A stretch of 64,000 bases of DNA from an uncultured virus (IMG/VR IMGVR_UViG_3300042520_001628) (IMGVR_UViG_3300042520_001628); one strand, 5' to 3'; positions 38,201 to 48,301 are shown, counted from the first letter of the stretch. A program made the numbers and translations. The notes: generated by a model not told the origin, from the letters alone.

Positions 38201-40330
38201 TTATATCCTATAAATTACCCAAGAATAGTTGGGACGATTGGAAATGATAATCTAGGATTAACTTATAATTCAACTTCTGGTATAGCAAGATCAAATTATC
38301 TTTTATTTAATAAATCAGCAATAAATTTATATAATTTTTCAACTTCCAACGGTAATAATTATTCAATTTATAGATTTGCTGGCTACAATGATATTGGTAT
38401 AGCACAACAAATTTCAACAACTGAGAATAAATTCAATAATATTACTGATATAGGGTATTATACAAATCAAGCAATTTTAACAAATTTTGCTAATTTAGGC
38501 GGAAAATTTGATATTGCCTCTAATATAAAAACAAAAAATGTTGGTCATCCAATAACAATGGATTATGACGGTGATTTTTATCTACAAGGATTCCCTGCAC
38601 AATCAAGAACAATTAGATATCAAGATGTTAATAAAATAGAATCACCTATTAAATATACAAAAAATTCTGCTATAATATTTGATTCTGGAGTTATTACAAG
38701 ACGTGGAAATACATTAAAAACATTATTCCTTGGTACAGGAGAAAATACAAATTTTATACAAACATTTACCACTGATATTTTAGAACCACATGGTACTAGA
38801 ATTTACACTGGAGCAATTAATAATCCAGCAGATGTAGATAATGGTAGAAAAAATGCAAAAACTATATCAAAATTTTTAATTGAAGATTCTGGAATCCCTG
38901 GAGAACCGAATCCAAACAATGCATATAATTTTTGTATAACATTACCAAACTATAAAGATTATGTTTTTGATTCTACAAATATTCAAAATGAAGCTCTTAT
39001 AGAGAACTCACTAACTGCTGGTAGATTTACAAATTTTGAGAACAAAATAAGAGTTGTTGTTTTCAGTTATGCACATGAACCAAGCACTATTAATAAACCT
39101 ATTGATAATGTTAAATTAATGGTTGAAAATGATGATCCAGATACTCTAACATCTTATGCAGAAAATTATATTGATAATATTCAATCACAACAAGTACCAA
39201 ATTCAGTAGCAAATTATACTATAAGTTTTAATGATCCAAATTTATGCGTTGATCAAGATGATCCATGTGAATTATGCTCAGATCATATAAATAATGAATA
39301 TGAATCGAATTGTTATTCGATTTTTAGCGCACGATATAATTGGAATCCAACAACATCTGGTTGTTATGGTATATGTAATAATACCACATTTGATCCTAGT
39401 AGTGGTTTAGGTACTAGTGAAGGTAGATGTTTTTTTGCTGATATTTGTGATCATCATATAGCCTTAGCTTGTTCTTGTGGAGATAAAGATTCATGTTCAT
39501 GTAAAGGTGAATCTATAATGTTTCCATCTATTAGACGTAACTGTAATGCTTTTGGCAATATTCCAGAATGTACTGGCGAACAATTAAATTCTTGTAGCCT
39601 ATACAGAAACTCTGTAGGATATAATGGAATTGCATATCCATCATGGCCAGGAGAAGTAAGAGAATTTCTTACAAATAGTGGATTTGTTTATCATAATTTT
39701 CCAGTGGATCAATTTGAAGAAGCTTTTGATGAATATACCAGTGGATTTGTTGTAAAGGTAAAACCAATCACTCTTGATGGTAAACAATTTTATACAGATG
39801 GTTTTAATGTATTTAATAAAAATACACTATGCGATGGGCCAGATACACTTGGTGAAGATTGTTCTTCACCTTTAACAAATAAAAGAACATCAACAATTTA
39901 TCATCGTCAAGGCTGTATACCTGGTACTGTAAATGCTGGTATAACTTTAGAACAAGGTCTAGATACAACAAATGGTACTGTTTGGTTTGGTCGATCATCC
40001 AATAAATGCATATTTTCAAATACATCATGTAATTTTGGCTCTGATGATCAACAAACAGACTTAGAAATTGTCAAAGAAAATATAATTCCTGCTATGAGTG
40101 TTTTTACAGGACCATTTTCATATCAACATGCAAATGCTCCATGTAGTATTACAACAGCAGATTATTTAAATAATTATCAAGAAGTTTTACAGGGAACATG
40201 CCCATCATCATCATTTACAGATACATTTATAAATAAATTGATTCCAATCGAAGGATCAGAGCCACTTTGTATTCCTTTAGAGTGTTCTGTTATTGATTGC
40301 TCTCAATATGAGGATTGTAGCCCAACATGA
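35300..40330 (+). CDS. Putative fibre protein 3: collagen N-term, 7 xxCC repeats, large unknown C-terminal region
   Basis: GPTGATGARGAQGPIGPTG; fibre-type domain 'SFTLI...WNFPSNVYF...SFDQGTSWYA'; tandem Cys repeats about 36250-37330; further Cys clusters near 39240-39600. Confidence 0.7.
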   Translation: MSSSAIGFQNINKGPTGATGARGAQGPIGPTGGLGGPTGPTGNIAPYILNVSLTGQTATVQLSDGVQYLVSGNFLGATGSDTTIISIKDPLDPGSDVITYSLLASGNNTNSFVMRGISGFGSLVVTENASTIFIDSIYTPSSGSLDSFGLTNNTLVYLKQRDQISSTTIGITSGNFYDGVLNFEKSGSTPASPSFSKLLPRSKVKYLTPTYKTSTPQPIVLNIDDAGVFYVRTPNGISAFNGNFKSSEVVSFTLITESDDIWNFPSNVYFENGENYLTCGKSILNLTSFDQGTSWYATVAARGIDASVTNCQIRGVLGSCCYTGVTGSQCVDYVTKNQCDILSGTFNPLQPCETACGYTFGICCSNGQCIEDANYAECLAFGGRFLFGVTCGSFGASLDPDATNATRLCYDSCQNQKVACCKDGVCLGDEFTKIECENILGGVAFVGQPCSSVDCCEQNVKIGACCKNQECSQKTLNECKAIGGVFMGEGELCENVNCKCIGDARYGNCCYCQGTSKLCKVTAEDDCETGLWTYNSSYTSNTPSCNADGFSGCLEDLTLNCGGDFFKCCYCEDGVTNCSNLTQAQCASFNGIFTQGIQCTLTNCDPCESDGGNPCADCVVEVPGVCCKCDDPNVPCLQVADVKNCPSEYTQNTKSTFCVDNPCRCNTSSSDCDLRTESPQISCPPLPASFDVLAEHEVDTASSTRRNIITKNIADNNSNTFKPMGGVLVKDFYIDINGSGFQKINNGKDLKFCLTLDLDTFRNPSDTSGLGDDSVRVYILRSWYPKFFAQNYANYKNFHYSGVDDNFDQFSSVITQVPAKTDFQESSATENGSYWGYLAELDPEKTGVSEFTEADVLSGYINKNEQYSIKHYTDPYSAPASYNTDDLRMELNCPLFGLNTRGKAVNESDLIPSGFNSFSPIKNILNNNANSQNIYPNPEEVDSTGYYDSVDIGIKYTLGQLSLPESMLYPINYPRIVGTIGNDNLGLTYNSTSGIARSNYLLFNKSAINLYNFSTSNGNNYSIYRFAGYNDIGIAQQISTTENKFNNITDIGYYTNQAILTNFANLGGKFDIASNIKTKNVGHPITMDYDGDFYLQGFPAQSRTIRYQDVNKIESPIKYTKNSAIIFDSGVITRRGNTLKTLFLGTGENTNFIQTFTTDILEPHGTRIYTGAINNPADVDNGRKNAKTISKFLIEDSGIPGEPNPNNAYNFCITLPNYKDYVFDSTNIQNEALIENSLTAGRFTNFENKIRVVVFSYAHEPSTINKPIDNVKLMVENDDPDTLTSYAENYIDNIQSQQVPNSVANYTISFNDPNLCVDQDDPCELCSDHINNEYESNCYSIFSARYNWNPTTSGCYGICNNTTFDPSSGLGTSEGRCFFADICDHHIALACSCGDKDSCSCKGESIMFPSIRRNCNAFGNIPECTGEQLNSCSLYRNSVGYNGIAYPSWPGEVREFLTNSGFVYHNFPVDQFEEAFDEYTSGFVVKVKPITLDGKQFYTDGFNVFNKNTLCDGPDTLGEDCSSPLTNKRTSTIYHRQGCIPGTVNAGITLEQGLDTTNGTVWFGRSSNKCIFSNTSCNFGSDDQQTDLEIVKENIIPAMSVFTGPFSYQHANAPCSITTADYLNNYQEVLQGTCPSSSFTDTFINKLIPIEGSEPLCIPLECSVIDCSQYEDCSPT

Positions 40331-41847
40331 GTATTCAATTTAGATCCAGAATCCGAAGTACTTTTGATTACGGCAAGCAATTGAAGCAATCAGGTAAATG
40401 TTGCTTTGCTGATGGTTCATCAGAACTCATTACATTTTATGAATGTTTTTCTAGATCTGGTACTTTTATTACAGATGTGGATGCTCCATGTCCAACATCA
40501 GCAAAAAAAGGATATTGCTGTGCTTGTGCATATTTAAGTGATTCTCAAAGACAAGAAGTTGTAAATAATCTACCATATAACACATCAAATTCTTTCTGGG
40601 ATGGTACGTTTGGAATACAATCGAATATTACAGAATGTGAATGTAATAGAATAGGTGGATTGTGGAGTGAGACTAATTCTACATCATCTTTATGTGATAA
40701 GAGTGTTCAGATAGATGGATCAAACTATGATATTGATGCAAGAATACCAAATGCTTGTTGTTCATTTATTATACAGAACGGTGCTCCAAATGGTGTTACT
40801 TGTCAGAATGTTTGTTCGGAACGAGCCTGTGCAAATTTAGCAATAGTTGAATCTGGTCCTAATGATCCATTTGCAGATACTGTGTTTATACCAAATAAAG
40901 TCTGTGGTAAATCAATAGTTTCTGGTGTTGCTGCTGCTTCTTGTGGAACAACAATAATTACTTCAAGATTGATATCCACCACAGATGCTTTTGCTGAAGA
41001 TCTTCTTGGTCCTTGTTATCAATTAAATGAAGAAACATTAGAATATACTTGTTCTGTTCAGCCAGAATATAGATGTTCTGGGTACTGGGTAAACCCAGAA
41101 ACTATTGATTCCAATGTTGCTTATTGTGATCACGCATATACACCAAAAAGTTTTACAAAAACATCCAGTTATATAAATCCTATTCAATATACAGAGTCGG
41201 AATTTGATTCGCTTGGTCTTTCAATAGGTGATGAGTTTCAAGGCGGAATTTATATTGGAAAATTTGCCCCAAAGAAACCAAATGCTACCACAATATCCAG
41301 AGTATATGGAGCATTGAATTTTTCAACACCATCGTCAACTTATGTTGATGTCTCTGGTGAATCCGAATATTCTAAATGGGGAATCATTGTAAATAAAAAT
41401 TTCTTAAAATCACCATTAATTTATTCTACAGATCCGATCAATAATTTCACAAATTCTTATTATGATGGCTATATGAACTGTTATGGTGATCGTTATCAAA
41501 ATAATAGAATAGAATCATCTACCATCAATACAATCCGTGGAAAATTAAGAAATGGATTTATAGATTATTATGTACCATCTATAGTGGAAATGATGTTCTT
41601 ATCAGAACAATATAGAAATAATACAACACTACAAGATATTTTGACGATTGATGGCACATTTGCATCATCTACATTTGTAACCGATAAATATCTAAAAGCA
41701 TTTCCTACTGGTGTGAATATATTTAATAATATGAATTTATTATATGGTCAAATAATAGGAACTGGTGAAAATCTAGGAAAGAATATAACATTCAATATAA
41801 ATAGAACTGTGAACTTCTTCTTGTTTAGAAGAATAATATTAACATGA
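40327..41847 (+). CDS. Putative fibre protein 4: Cys repeats plus Lcl/DUF1566-like C-term, no collagen
   Basis: GKCC/GYCC/NACC; 'LSIGDEFQGGIYIG', 'DYYVPSIVEM...ASST...FRRI'. Confidence 0.65.
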   Translation: MSIQFRSRIRSTFDYGKQLKQSGKCCFADGSSELITFYECFSRSGTFITDVDAPCPTSAKKGYCCACAYLSDSQRQEVVNNLPYNTSNSFWDGTFGIQSNITECECNRIGGLWSETNSTSSLCDKSVQIDGSNYDIDARIPNACCSFIIQNGAPNGVTCQNVCSERACANLAIVESGPNDPFADTVFIPNKVCGKSIVSGVAAASCGTTIITSRLISTTDAFAEDLLGPCYQLNEETLEYTCSVQPEYRCSGYWVNPETIDSNVAYCDHAYTPKSFTKTSSYINPIQYTESEFDSLGLSIGDEFQGGIYIGKFAPKKPNATTISRVYGALNFSTPSSTYVDVSGESEYSKWGIIVNKNFLKSPLIYSTDPINNFTNSYYDGYMNCYGDRYQNNRIESSTINTIRGKLRNGFIDYYVPSIVEMMFLSEQYRNNTTLQDILTIDGTFASSTFVTDKYLKAFPTGVNIFNNMNLLYGQIIGTGENLGKNITFNINRTVNFFLFRRIILT

Positions 41848-41855
41848 GGTCTACT

Positions 41856-42392
41856 ATGGGATGCAATTGCAATAAAAATAAAAACAACGAACCCCAAGAT
41901 AATAAGCAACAATTCAGAAAACAAGAAATACCAGAGCAAAGTCTGGTAAAAAAAAAGATGTCAATGCTACAAAGCTTCGCAACAGCAGTAGCATCAAGAG
42001 GACTCCAAGATAATAAAGTGAATATGCCTCTTAAGCAATTAAGAGTAGTATCATGTTTTGGCAATGAGCAACAAGGTGGGGTTTTACCTCCATGTGAACA
42101 TCTGAAAGAGTCAAAGACACCAGGAAAGCATTTCTGTGGGGGTTGTGGTTGTGGTGATAAAGAAGGTACTTGGCTTATGGCAGAAGCCGATAAGTACTCG
42201 AAACTTGATTATCCGAAGCTTAATTGCCCATTAGCGATGCCTGGGTTTAGCAACTATCAACATTCTAAAGAAGATGAAGGTGTAGAGCCAGTTACAAGAA
42301 GATGGTTTATAGAAAATAAGATTTCCTATAATGATATACAACAGATTCCAGTAACTGTTCATGAATCGAAACAAGGTCAGCAGCCAAGCTGA
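41856..42392 (+). CDS. Small Cys-rich, probably metal-binding protein
   Basis: GAGG SD; MGCNC N-terminus; 'C...PPCEHL...FCGGCGCGD...LNCP'. Confidence 0.65.
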   Translation: MGCNCNKNKNNEPQDNKQQFRKQEIPEQSLVKKKMSMLQSFATAVASRGLQDNKVNMPLKQLRVVSCFGNEQQGGVLPPCEHLKESKTPGKHFCGGCGCGDKEGTWLMAEADKYSKLDYPKLNCPLAMPGFSNYQHSKEDEGVEPVTRRWFIENKISYNDIQQIPVTVHESKQGQQPS

Positions 42393-42406
42393 GAATAAAA
42401 ACTCCT

Positions 42407-42414
42407 TATAAATA
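42407..42414 (+). promoter_or_regulatory. T4-type late promoter for gene 13
   Basis: TATAAATA followed by AAGGAG SD. Confidence 0.75.
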
Positions 42415-42430
42415 AATAAGGAGTTTTTTA

Positions 42431-43234
42431 ATGGCAGGACCAAATTCAAGAGAAAGCTTAATCGAATATGCTCTTAGAGCATTGGGCCACCCAGTTATTA
42501 CCATTAACGTGGATGATTCTCAATGTCAGGATAGATTGGACGAAGCTTTGCAATTTTTTTCAGAGTACCATTTCGATGGTGCTGAAAAAGCGTTTTTCCG
42601 TTATCAGATTACCGCACAGGATATAGCAAACAAATATATTAATGTTTCCAACATAGGTCCAACAAATGGTCCTGGTGGAGATGGTCCAGATGGAAATGAT
42701 ATTCTATCTGTAGTCAAGTTATTTCAGTTTGGTAACTTTGCTAATGTTGATATGTTTGATCTCAAATACCAACTGGCTCTTGTAGATTACTTCGGTGTAA
42801 ACACATCTGTAGGTAATGGTCATGCTATGGGTCTTGCAGCCTATGACTCAACGAAAAGATATATTAAATTGATTGAAGATTTCTTTCAACCAGAAAAAGC
42901 TCTGAGCTTTAGTAAGGTTACTGGAAAAATTCATATTCATGGTGATTTGTCAGTTATCAATCCTGGTGATTATATCATACTTCAAACATATGTAATAATA
43001 GATCCACAGCAATATACTAAAATTTATAACGATAGAATGCTTAAAAAGTATATCACCGCATTGATCAAACGTCAATGGGGTGCGAATATGGCAAAATACG
43101 ACGGAGTTCAATTACCAGGTGGTATTAGTTTCAAGGGTGGGCAGATTTATTCAGAAGCCTCTGCCGAAATTTCACAAATTGAAAACGAACTAATTCAGTC
43201 TCATGAATATCCACCAGAATTTTTTGTAGGTTAA
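42431..43234 (+). CDS. 13: Neck protein gp13
   Basis: 'YALRALGHPVITINVDDSQ', 'EYHFDG', 'KRQWGANM.KY.GVQLPGG'. Confidence 0.95.
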   Translation: MAGPNSRESLIEYALRALGHPVITINVDDSQCQDRLDEALQFFSEYHFDGAEKAFFRYQITAQDIANKYINVSNIGPTNGPGGDGPDGNDILSVVKLFQFGNFANVDMFDLKYQLALVDYFGVNTSVGNGHAMGLAAYDSTKRYIKLIEDFFQPEKALSFSKVTGKIHIHGDLSVINPGDYIILQTYVIIDPQQYTKIYNDRMLKKYITALIKRQWGANMAKYDGVQLPGGISFKGGQIYSEASAEISQIENELIQSHEYPPEFFVG

Positions 43235-43235
43235 T

Positions 43236-44162
43236 ATGGCAATAAATCCATACTTTGGTGATTTTAGAAACGAACAAAGACTGTTAGATGATCTGACAGT
43301 CGAAACAATCAAGGCCATGGGCCGTGATGTTTATTATATTCCAAGAGAATATGTTAAATTGGATAGAATCTTTGGTGAAGATATTTTATCACAATTTAAA
43401 CAAGCATATTTAATTGAAATGTATGTTATGGATGTTGTAAAATTTCAAGGTCAGCGTGATGTTGCCACTAAATTTGGTATTGATATCACAGACAAATTAG
43501 ATCTTCAAGTATCTATTACTAGATTTAAACAAGAAATATATTCTAAAAATTCAGATATTTTAAAACCAAGAGAAGGTGATTTAATTTATTTTCCACTTTC
43601 TAAACACTTATTTGAAATAAATGTTGTGGAAGATGAAATTCCATTTTACCAATTTGGTATTTTGACAACTTATACACTTAAGTGCGAACTCTTCTCTTAC
43701 TCTAACGAAACCATTGAAACAGGAATTACTGAAGTGGATGAAGTTGAAACCAAGAGAAAAATGTATCTTTCAAGAATTACATTGGGAGATTCTGCATCAC
43801 CGTCAACAATATTTAAGGTTGGTGATGTTGTTTATCAAGTCGCTGGGGTTACGAATGGAAATTATGCTGATGCAACATACACAGCAGTTGTTGCCGATTT
43901 TGTAAATGGCGCAACAAAGTATGTTTATGTTTCAGATGAAAATGGAACTTTACAATTAGGGGCATCCACAGAAACAATTCTAGATAAACCTAAAAATGTT
44001 AAATATTATGTCACAGCAAATAATACAACGACAATAAATGTCACTAAAGATCCTAAGATTCTTGAATCTAGTGGTGATAATAAAGAACTTGATGTAGATC
44101 AAAATGATAATGATCTATTTGATTTTTCAGAAACTGATCCATTCTCAGAAGGCAAATATTAA
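43236..44162 (+). CDS. 14: Neck protein gp14
   Basis: 'NPYF', 'EQRL...ETIK..G.DVYYIPR', 'PREGDLIYFP', 'CELFSYSNE', 'DFSETDPF'. Confidence 0.95.
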   Translation: MAINPYFGDFRNEQRLLDDLTVETIKAMGRDVYYIPREYVKLDRIFGEDILSQFKQAYLIEMYVMDVVKFQGQRDVATKFGIDITDKLDLQVSITRFKQEIYSKNSDILKPREGDLIYFPLSKHLFEINVVEDEIPFYQFGILTTYTLKCELFSYSNETIETGITEVDEVETKRKMYLSRITLGDSASPSTIFKVGDVVYQVAGVTNGNYADATYTAVVADFVNGATKYVYVSDENGTLQLGASTETILDKPKNVKYYVTANNTTTINVTKDPKILESSGDNKELDVDQNDNDLFDFSETDPFSEGKY

Positions 44163-44911
44163 TGTTTACAAAACTAGAACCATTTTACAATAAATCTATA
44201 CGAAAGACTGTTGTAGCCTTTGGTTCTTTATTTAATCAAATTTATTTCAATAGAACTGATGCTTCTGATAATGTAATTGAAACATCAAGAGTTCCGCTAA
44301 TCTATTCACCAAAAGAAAAATTTATTCAAAGATTAAAATCAGAAACAAGTTTGACTGATGAAACTCATACAAGAATGAATTTACCTAGAATGGGATTTGA
44401 GATAACTGGATTTCTTTATGACTCTCAAAGAAAATTAAATAGATTAAATCAAAAAATTTCTACTATTGATGGTGTCATTACAAGCAGTTATATAGAAGTT
44501 CCTTATAATATAAACTTTGGTCTTTATTTATTTTCTAGAAATTTAGATGATAATCTACAAATAGTTGAGCAAATATTACCTTACTTTGCTCCTGATTTCA
44601 CAGTAACTTTAAATATGAATCCACTAAACCAAAAGGTGGATGTACCAATAGTTTTAAATAGCTTAAATATTGTTGAGGACTATGAAGGTGATTTTGATAC
44701 CAGAAGAACTGTAAATAGCGTTTTTGATTTTACAGTTAAAACATATCTTTATGGTCCAATTAAGGAATCATCAACAGTTCTTATCGAAGATGCAAATATA
44801 CGTCTATACGATGGTCAAAATACTGTAGCCGAATCTATTAAGATATTTGATGTTGGATATACAGGAGATTCGTCTACACTAAGTGGAATAACATATTATG
44901 AAAACCCCTGA
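44162..44911 (+). CDS. 15: Tail sheath stabilizer/terminator gp15
   Basis: 'FYNKSIRK.VVAFGSLFN', 'LPRMGFEI', 'QIVEQILPYF.P'. Confidence 0.95.
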   Translation: MFTKLEPFYNKSIRKTVVAFGSLFNQIYFNRTDASDNVIETSRVPLIYSPKEKFIQRLKSETSLTDETHTRMNLPRMGFEITGFLYDSQRKLNRLNQKISTIDGVITSSYIEVPYNINFGLYLFSRNLDDNLQIVEQILPYFAPDFTVTLNMNPLNQKVDVPIVLNSLNIVEDYEGDFDTRRTVNSVFDFTVKTYLYGPIKESSTVLIEDANIRLYDGQNTVAESIKIFDVGYTGDSSTLSGITYYENP

Positions 44912-45338
44912 TGAAGAACCAGTTGAAAAAATTTCAAAAGCTTTAGATGTTTTTTATGATCCGGCCCAAAGTCCAGCCAAAGAAATAAAATCTGAAGTCA
45001 AGAAAATCAAAGCAGAAAAACTTGATGTTGATTTTTCTTTAGCCAGAAGTAATATGAAAGAGCTTCTGAATAATGGAATGAATGCTCTGGATGGCATTAT
45101 GAAAGTCGCTGAGGCCAGTGATTCCCCAAGAGCCTATGAAGTAGCAGCATTATTGATAAAAACATTATCAGATGTTAATAAAGATTTAATTGGTATTCAT
45201 GAGAAAAATGCGAACATTCAAAAAGAAAAAATTACAAATATAACAAATAATTCTATTTACGTTGGATCTACTACAGATTTACAGAATTTAATTAATAAAG
45301 AAAGAGCGCAAAATAAAGATGGCGATCAAACAGAGTAG
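44898..45338 (+). CDS. 16: Terminase small subunit gp16
   Basis: 'A.ASDSPRAYEV', 'NNSIYVGSTTDLQ'. Confidence 0.93.
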   Translation: MKTPDEEPVEKISKALDVFYDPAQSPAKEIKSEVKKIKAEKLDVDFSLARSNMKELLNNGMNALDGIMKVAEASDSPRAYEVAALLIKTLSDVNKDLIGIHEKNANIQKEKITNITNNSIYVGSTTDLQNLINKERAQNKDGDQTE

Positions 45339-47034
45339 AGGTCCAGGCTATCTTGGTAATAAAAATCTTAAACCAGCTGGAGTTAAGATTGAATTTACAC
45401 AAGAACAAGTTGAAGAATATATTAAATGTGCGAAAGATCCTATCTATTTTGCCAAAAAATATGTTAAGGTTGTAACTCTTGATAAAGGTGTCACTCAATT
45501 TGATTTATATGATTACCAAGAACGCTTGGTAGAAAAACTTTGTAATAATCGCTTCGTGATCGGAAAACTAGCCCGACAGTCTGGTAAAACAACAACTGTT
45601 GGTTGCTGCTATCTTTTACATAAAATTTTATTTAATCAAAATATGAGTGTGGCTATTCTAGCTAATAAATTAAATACTGCTAGAGAAATTCTATCTCGTA
45701 TTCGTGAAGCATATGAGCATTTACCTTGGTGGCTACAGCAGGGTATTATGGAATGGAATAAAGGATCAATTCAATTAGAAAATGGATCTAAGATTCTTGC
45801 ATCTGCTACCTCATCATCTGCTATTCGTGGTGGAAGTTACAATATAATTTTTTTGGACGAATTTGCATTCGTCCCAACAACAGTAGCAGAAGAGTTCTTT
45901 TCATCTGTTTATCCAACCATTACTGCTGGTCAGAGTACTCAAATGATAATCATTTCTACCCCGAAAGGGTTGAATATGTTTTATCAATTATGGAAGGGTG
46001 CTACTTCTAAGCAAAATGAATATGTGCCATTTGAGGTAAATTGGCAAGAAGTTCCTCAATATCCAGGTGGTCCATTGCGCGATGAGGCTTGGAAAGAACA
46101 ACAAATCAAGAATACTTCAGAAAGACAGTTTGATGCGGAATTTAACTGCTCATTCATTGGCTCTGCCAATACATTAATTGATGCTCAAAAATTAAATCAA
46201 TTAAGTTATGGTAAACCAAAACAAAGAAATGCCGAAGGTCTTTTAATATATCAAGAACCAGTAAAAGGTATAGAAGAAAAAGGTACTAAAGATAGAGACT
46301 ATTTTATCACCGTAGATGTTGCCAGAGGGCAGGGTGGTGATAATAGTGCCTTTACCGTATTTGATATATCGGACATGCCATATCGAATCGTAGCACGGTT
46401 TAAAAGCAATACAGTCTCACCTCTTTTATTACCATCATATATTCGCTCTGTTGGTAAAAAATACAATACAGCACATGTTCTTGTTGAGGTAAATGATATT
46501 GGAAGTCAAGTAGCCGATATTTTACACTACGATCTGGAATATGAAAATTTAGTGAAAGCAGCATTCAAAGGTCATAAGGGTCAAACCATTACCGAGACAG
46601 GAATGGGAGCGAAGCGGGTACAACTTGGTGTAAGAACAACGGTCCCTGTCAAAAAATTAGGATGTGCTGTTTTAAAGAATTTAATAGAACAAGATAAGTT
46701 GTTGGTTGAAGATGCAGACACGATAGATGAGTTAACAACTTTTATAGCAGATGGTCAATCATTTGCTGCCGATGAAGGTCATACAGACGATCTTGTAATG
46801 ACTCTAGTTTTGTTTGCATGGGCGACAAGACAAGATTTCTTTGAGGCGTTAACAAATAAAGATGTTCGTGTTGAACTTTTTGAAAAGGATATCGAAAAAA
46901 TTGAGAATGAAATTATTCCAATGTTTGTAGAGGACGGCTTCGGTGAAAGAAGCGAGTGGGATGGAGAAGACCGCTGGTTCGATGAAAAAGACCCAAGAAG
47001 AAACCAATTTGGTACACAATATTGGCTTTTTTGA
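45319..47034 (+). CDS. 17: Terminase large subunit gp17
   Basis: 'YLGN.NLK', Walker A 'RQSGKTT', Walker B 'FLDEFAFV', nuclease 'VDVARG', 'HTDDLVM'. Confidence 0.98.
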   Translation: MAIKQSRGPGYLGNKNLKPAGVKIEFTQEQVEEYIKCAKDPIYFAKKYVKVVTLDKGVTQFDLYDYQERLVEKLCNNRFVIGKLARQSGKTTTVGCCYLLHKILFNQNMSVAILANKLNTAREILSRIREAYEHLPWWLQQGIMEWNKGSIQLENGSKILASATSSSAIRGGSYNIIFLDEFAFVPTTVAEEFFSSVYPTITAGQSTQMIIISTPKGLNMFYQLWKGATSKQNEYVPFEVNWQEVPQYPGGPLRDEAWKEQQIKNTSERQFDAEFNCSFIGSANTLIDAQKLNQLSYGKPKQRNAEGLLIYQEPVKGIEEKGTKDRDYFITVDVARGQGGDNSAFTVFDISDMPYRIVARFKSNTVSPLLLPSYIRSVGKKYNTAHVLVEVNDIGSQVADILHYDLEYENLVKAAFKGHKGQTITETGMGAKRVQLGVRTTVPVKKLGCAVLKNLIEQDKLLVEDADTIDELTTFIADGQSFAADEGHTDDLVMTLVLFAWATRQDFFEALTNKDVRVELFEKDIEKIENEIIPMFVEDGFGERSEWDGEDRWFDEKDPRRNQFGTQYWLF

Positions 47035-47089
47035 TTAAATTCTCTAAAATAATATATATTTTAGACGAAAATATTTTTAAGGAGAATTT

Positions 47090-48283
47090 ATGGCACGACC
47101 AAATGTATCAGTTACAATATTAGATGAATCACTGGTTGTCCCGACATCCGAAGAAGGATCACCAACCATCGGAGCCATGGTTTCGGTTAACGGTCTTAGT
47201 TTGTTTGGTACTACAACAGAACAAAATTTAGGTTATTATCTAGTAAATGATATTCCTGATTGGTTTTCAAGACTTCAGACATTTACTCAGACAGAAAATG
47301 CATTAAATGGAGCAAGTGGTGTTACTTTTATAGCCAGCTATCTCGCAACTAATGGAGCTACTGGGTGGACAGACGAATGGTATTCTGTTTATAATTTCTT
47401 ACAATATGGAGCACCATGTTATGTTGGGTTTAACAATGCTGGTGCTGGTTTATCAGGATTCTTTAGTCTTGATGTAGATGTTATCTTTGAAGGTACTACA
47501 GCATCAAGAGAACAAACAAAATCATTCTTTAATCATAGAGTAGCTAAAGAAGCTCCAGCATTTGGTGTTTTCAGTCTCATATCAGCAGATGATGGTTTAT
47601 CTCTAGATGCTACTAATTTAGGAAACCCAGCCGCTCTTACTGGTTTGAGTTCTCCTGAATTTGGATCTTTTGTATATGGTCAAAAAAATCAACTTAATGT
47701 ATCTGGAAATAGCACAAATCTAATCAAATCTACTTTGGCAGCAGATGTTGCTGGTTGTTTAGCAAGAACAGATCGTGTTTCTTACCCATGGTTCTCACCA
47801 GCTGGTACAAGAAGAGGTCAAATTCTAAATGTTGTTTCGTTGACTCAGAGTTTAACCGAAACACAGCAAGATAATCTTTATGATAATAAAGTAAATCCAA
47901 TTGCAACATTTGTCGGTGAAGGAACAATACTTTTTGGTGATAAGACTTTTGCAGCAGCAACATCATCACTCAATTCAATTAATATTTCTAGATTGGTAAT
48001 CTATTTAAAGAGAGCATTGACTCCTCTTGCTAGAGGTATTCTATTCGAACAAAATGATGCCTTAACAAGAAATAGATTCTCCAATGCAGCTGATTCTATT
48101 TTAAGAGATATTCAGTCACAAAGAGGACTTAATGCTTATAAAGTAATTTGTGATGAATCTAATAACACAGCTGCTGTAATTGCTGCTAAAGAATTTGTTG
48201 CCGATATTTTAATTCAACCAATTCCTTCAGTTAATTTTGTAAAAATTACTATAACTAATAAAGATTTAAGTGATACTCTTTGA
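47090..48283 (+). CDS. 18: Tail sheath protein gp18 (compact)
   Basis: 'PWFSPAGTRRG', 'LYDNKVNPI', 'LFGDKT', 'FEQND..TR', 'VICDESNNT'. Confidence 0.93.
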   Translation: MARPNVSVTILDESLVVPTSEEGSPTIGAMVSVNGLSLFGTTTEQNLGYYLVNDIPDWFSRLQTFTQTENALNGASGVTFIASYLATNGATGWTDEWYSVYNFLQYGAPCYVGFNNAGAGLSGFFSLDVDVIFEGTTASREQTKSFFNHRVAKEAPAFGVFSLISADDGLSLDATNLGNPAALTGLSSPEFGSFVYGQKNQLNVSGNSTNLIKSTLAADVAGCLARTDRVSYPWFSPAGTRRGQILNVVSLTQSLTETQQDNLYDNKVNPIATFVGEGTILFGDKTFAAATSSLNSINISRLVIYLKRALTPLARGILFEQNDALTRNRFSNAADSILRDIQSQRGLNAYKVICDESNNTAAVIAAKEFVADILIQPIPSVNFVKITITNKDLSDTL

Positions 48284-48301
48284 TATCAATAAGGAGTAAA
48301 T

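Noticed and set aside
29381..41847. Diversity-generating retroelement targeting the lectin-like tips
   Set aside because: No reverse transcriptase and no near-identical template/variable repeat pair seen in this window; it could exist elsewhere in the genome
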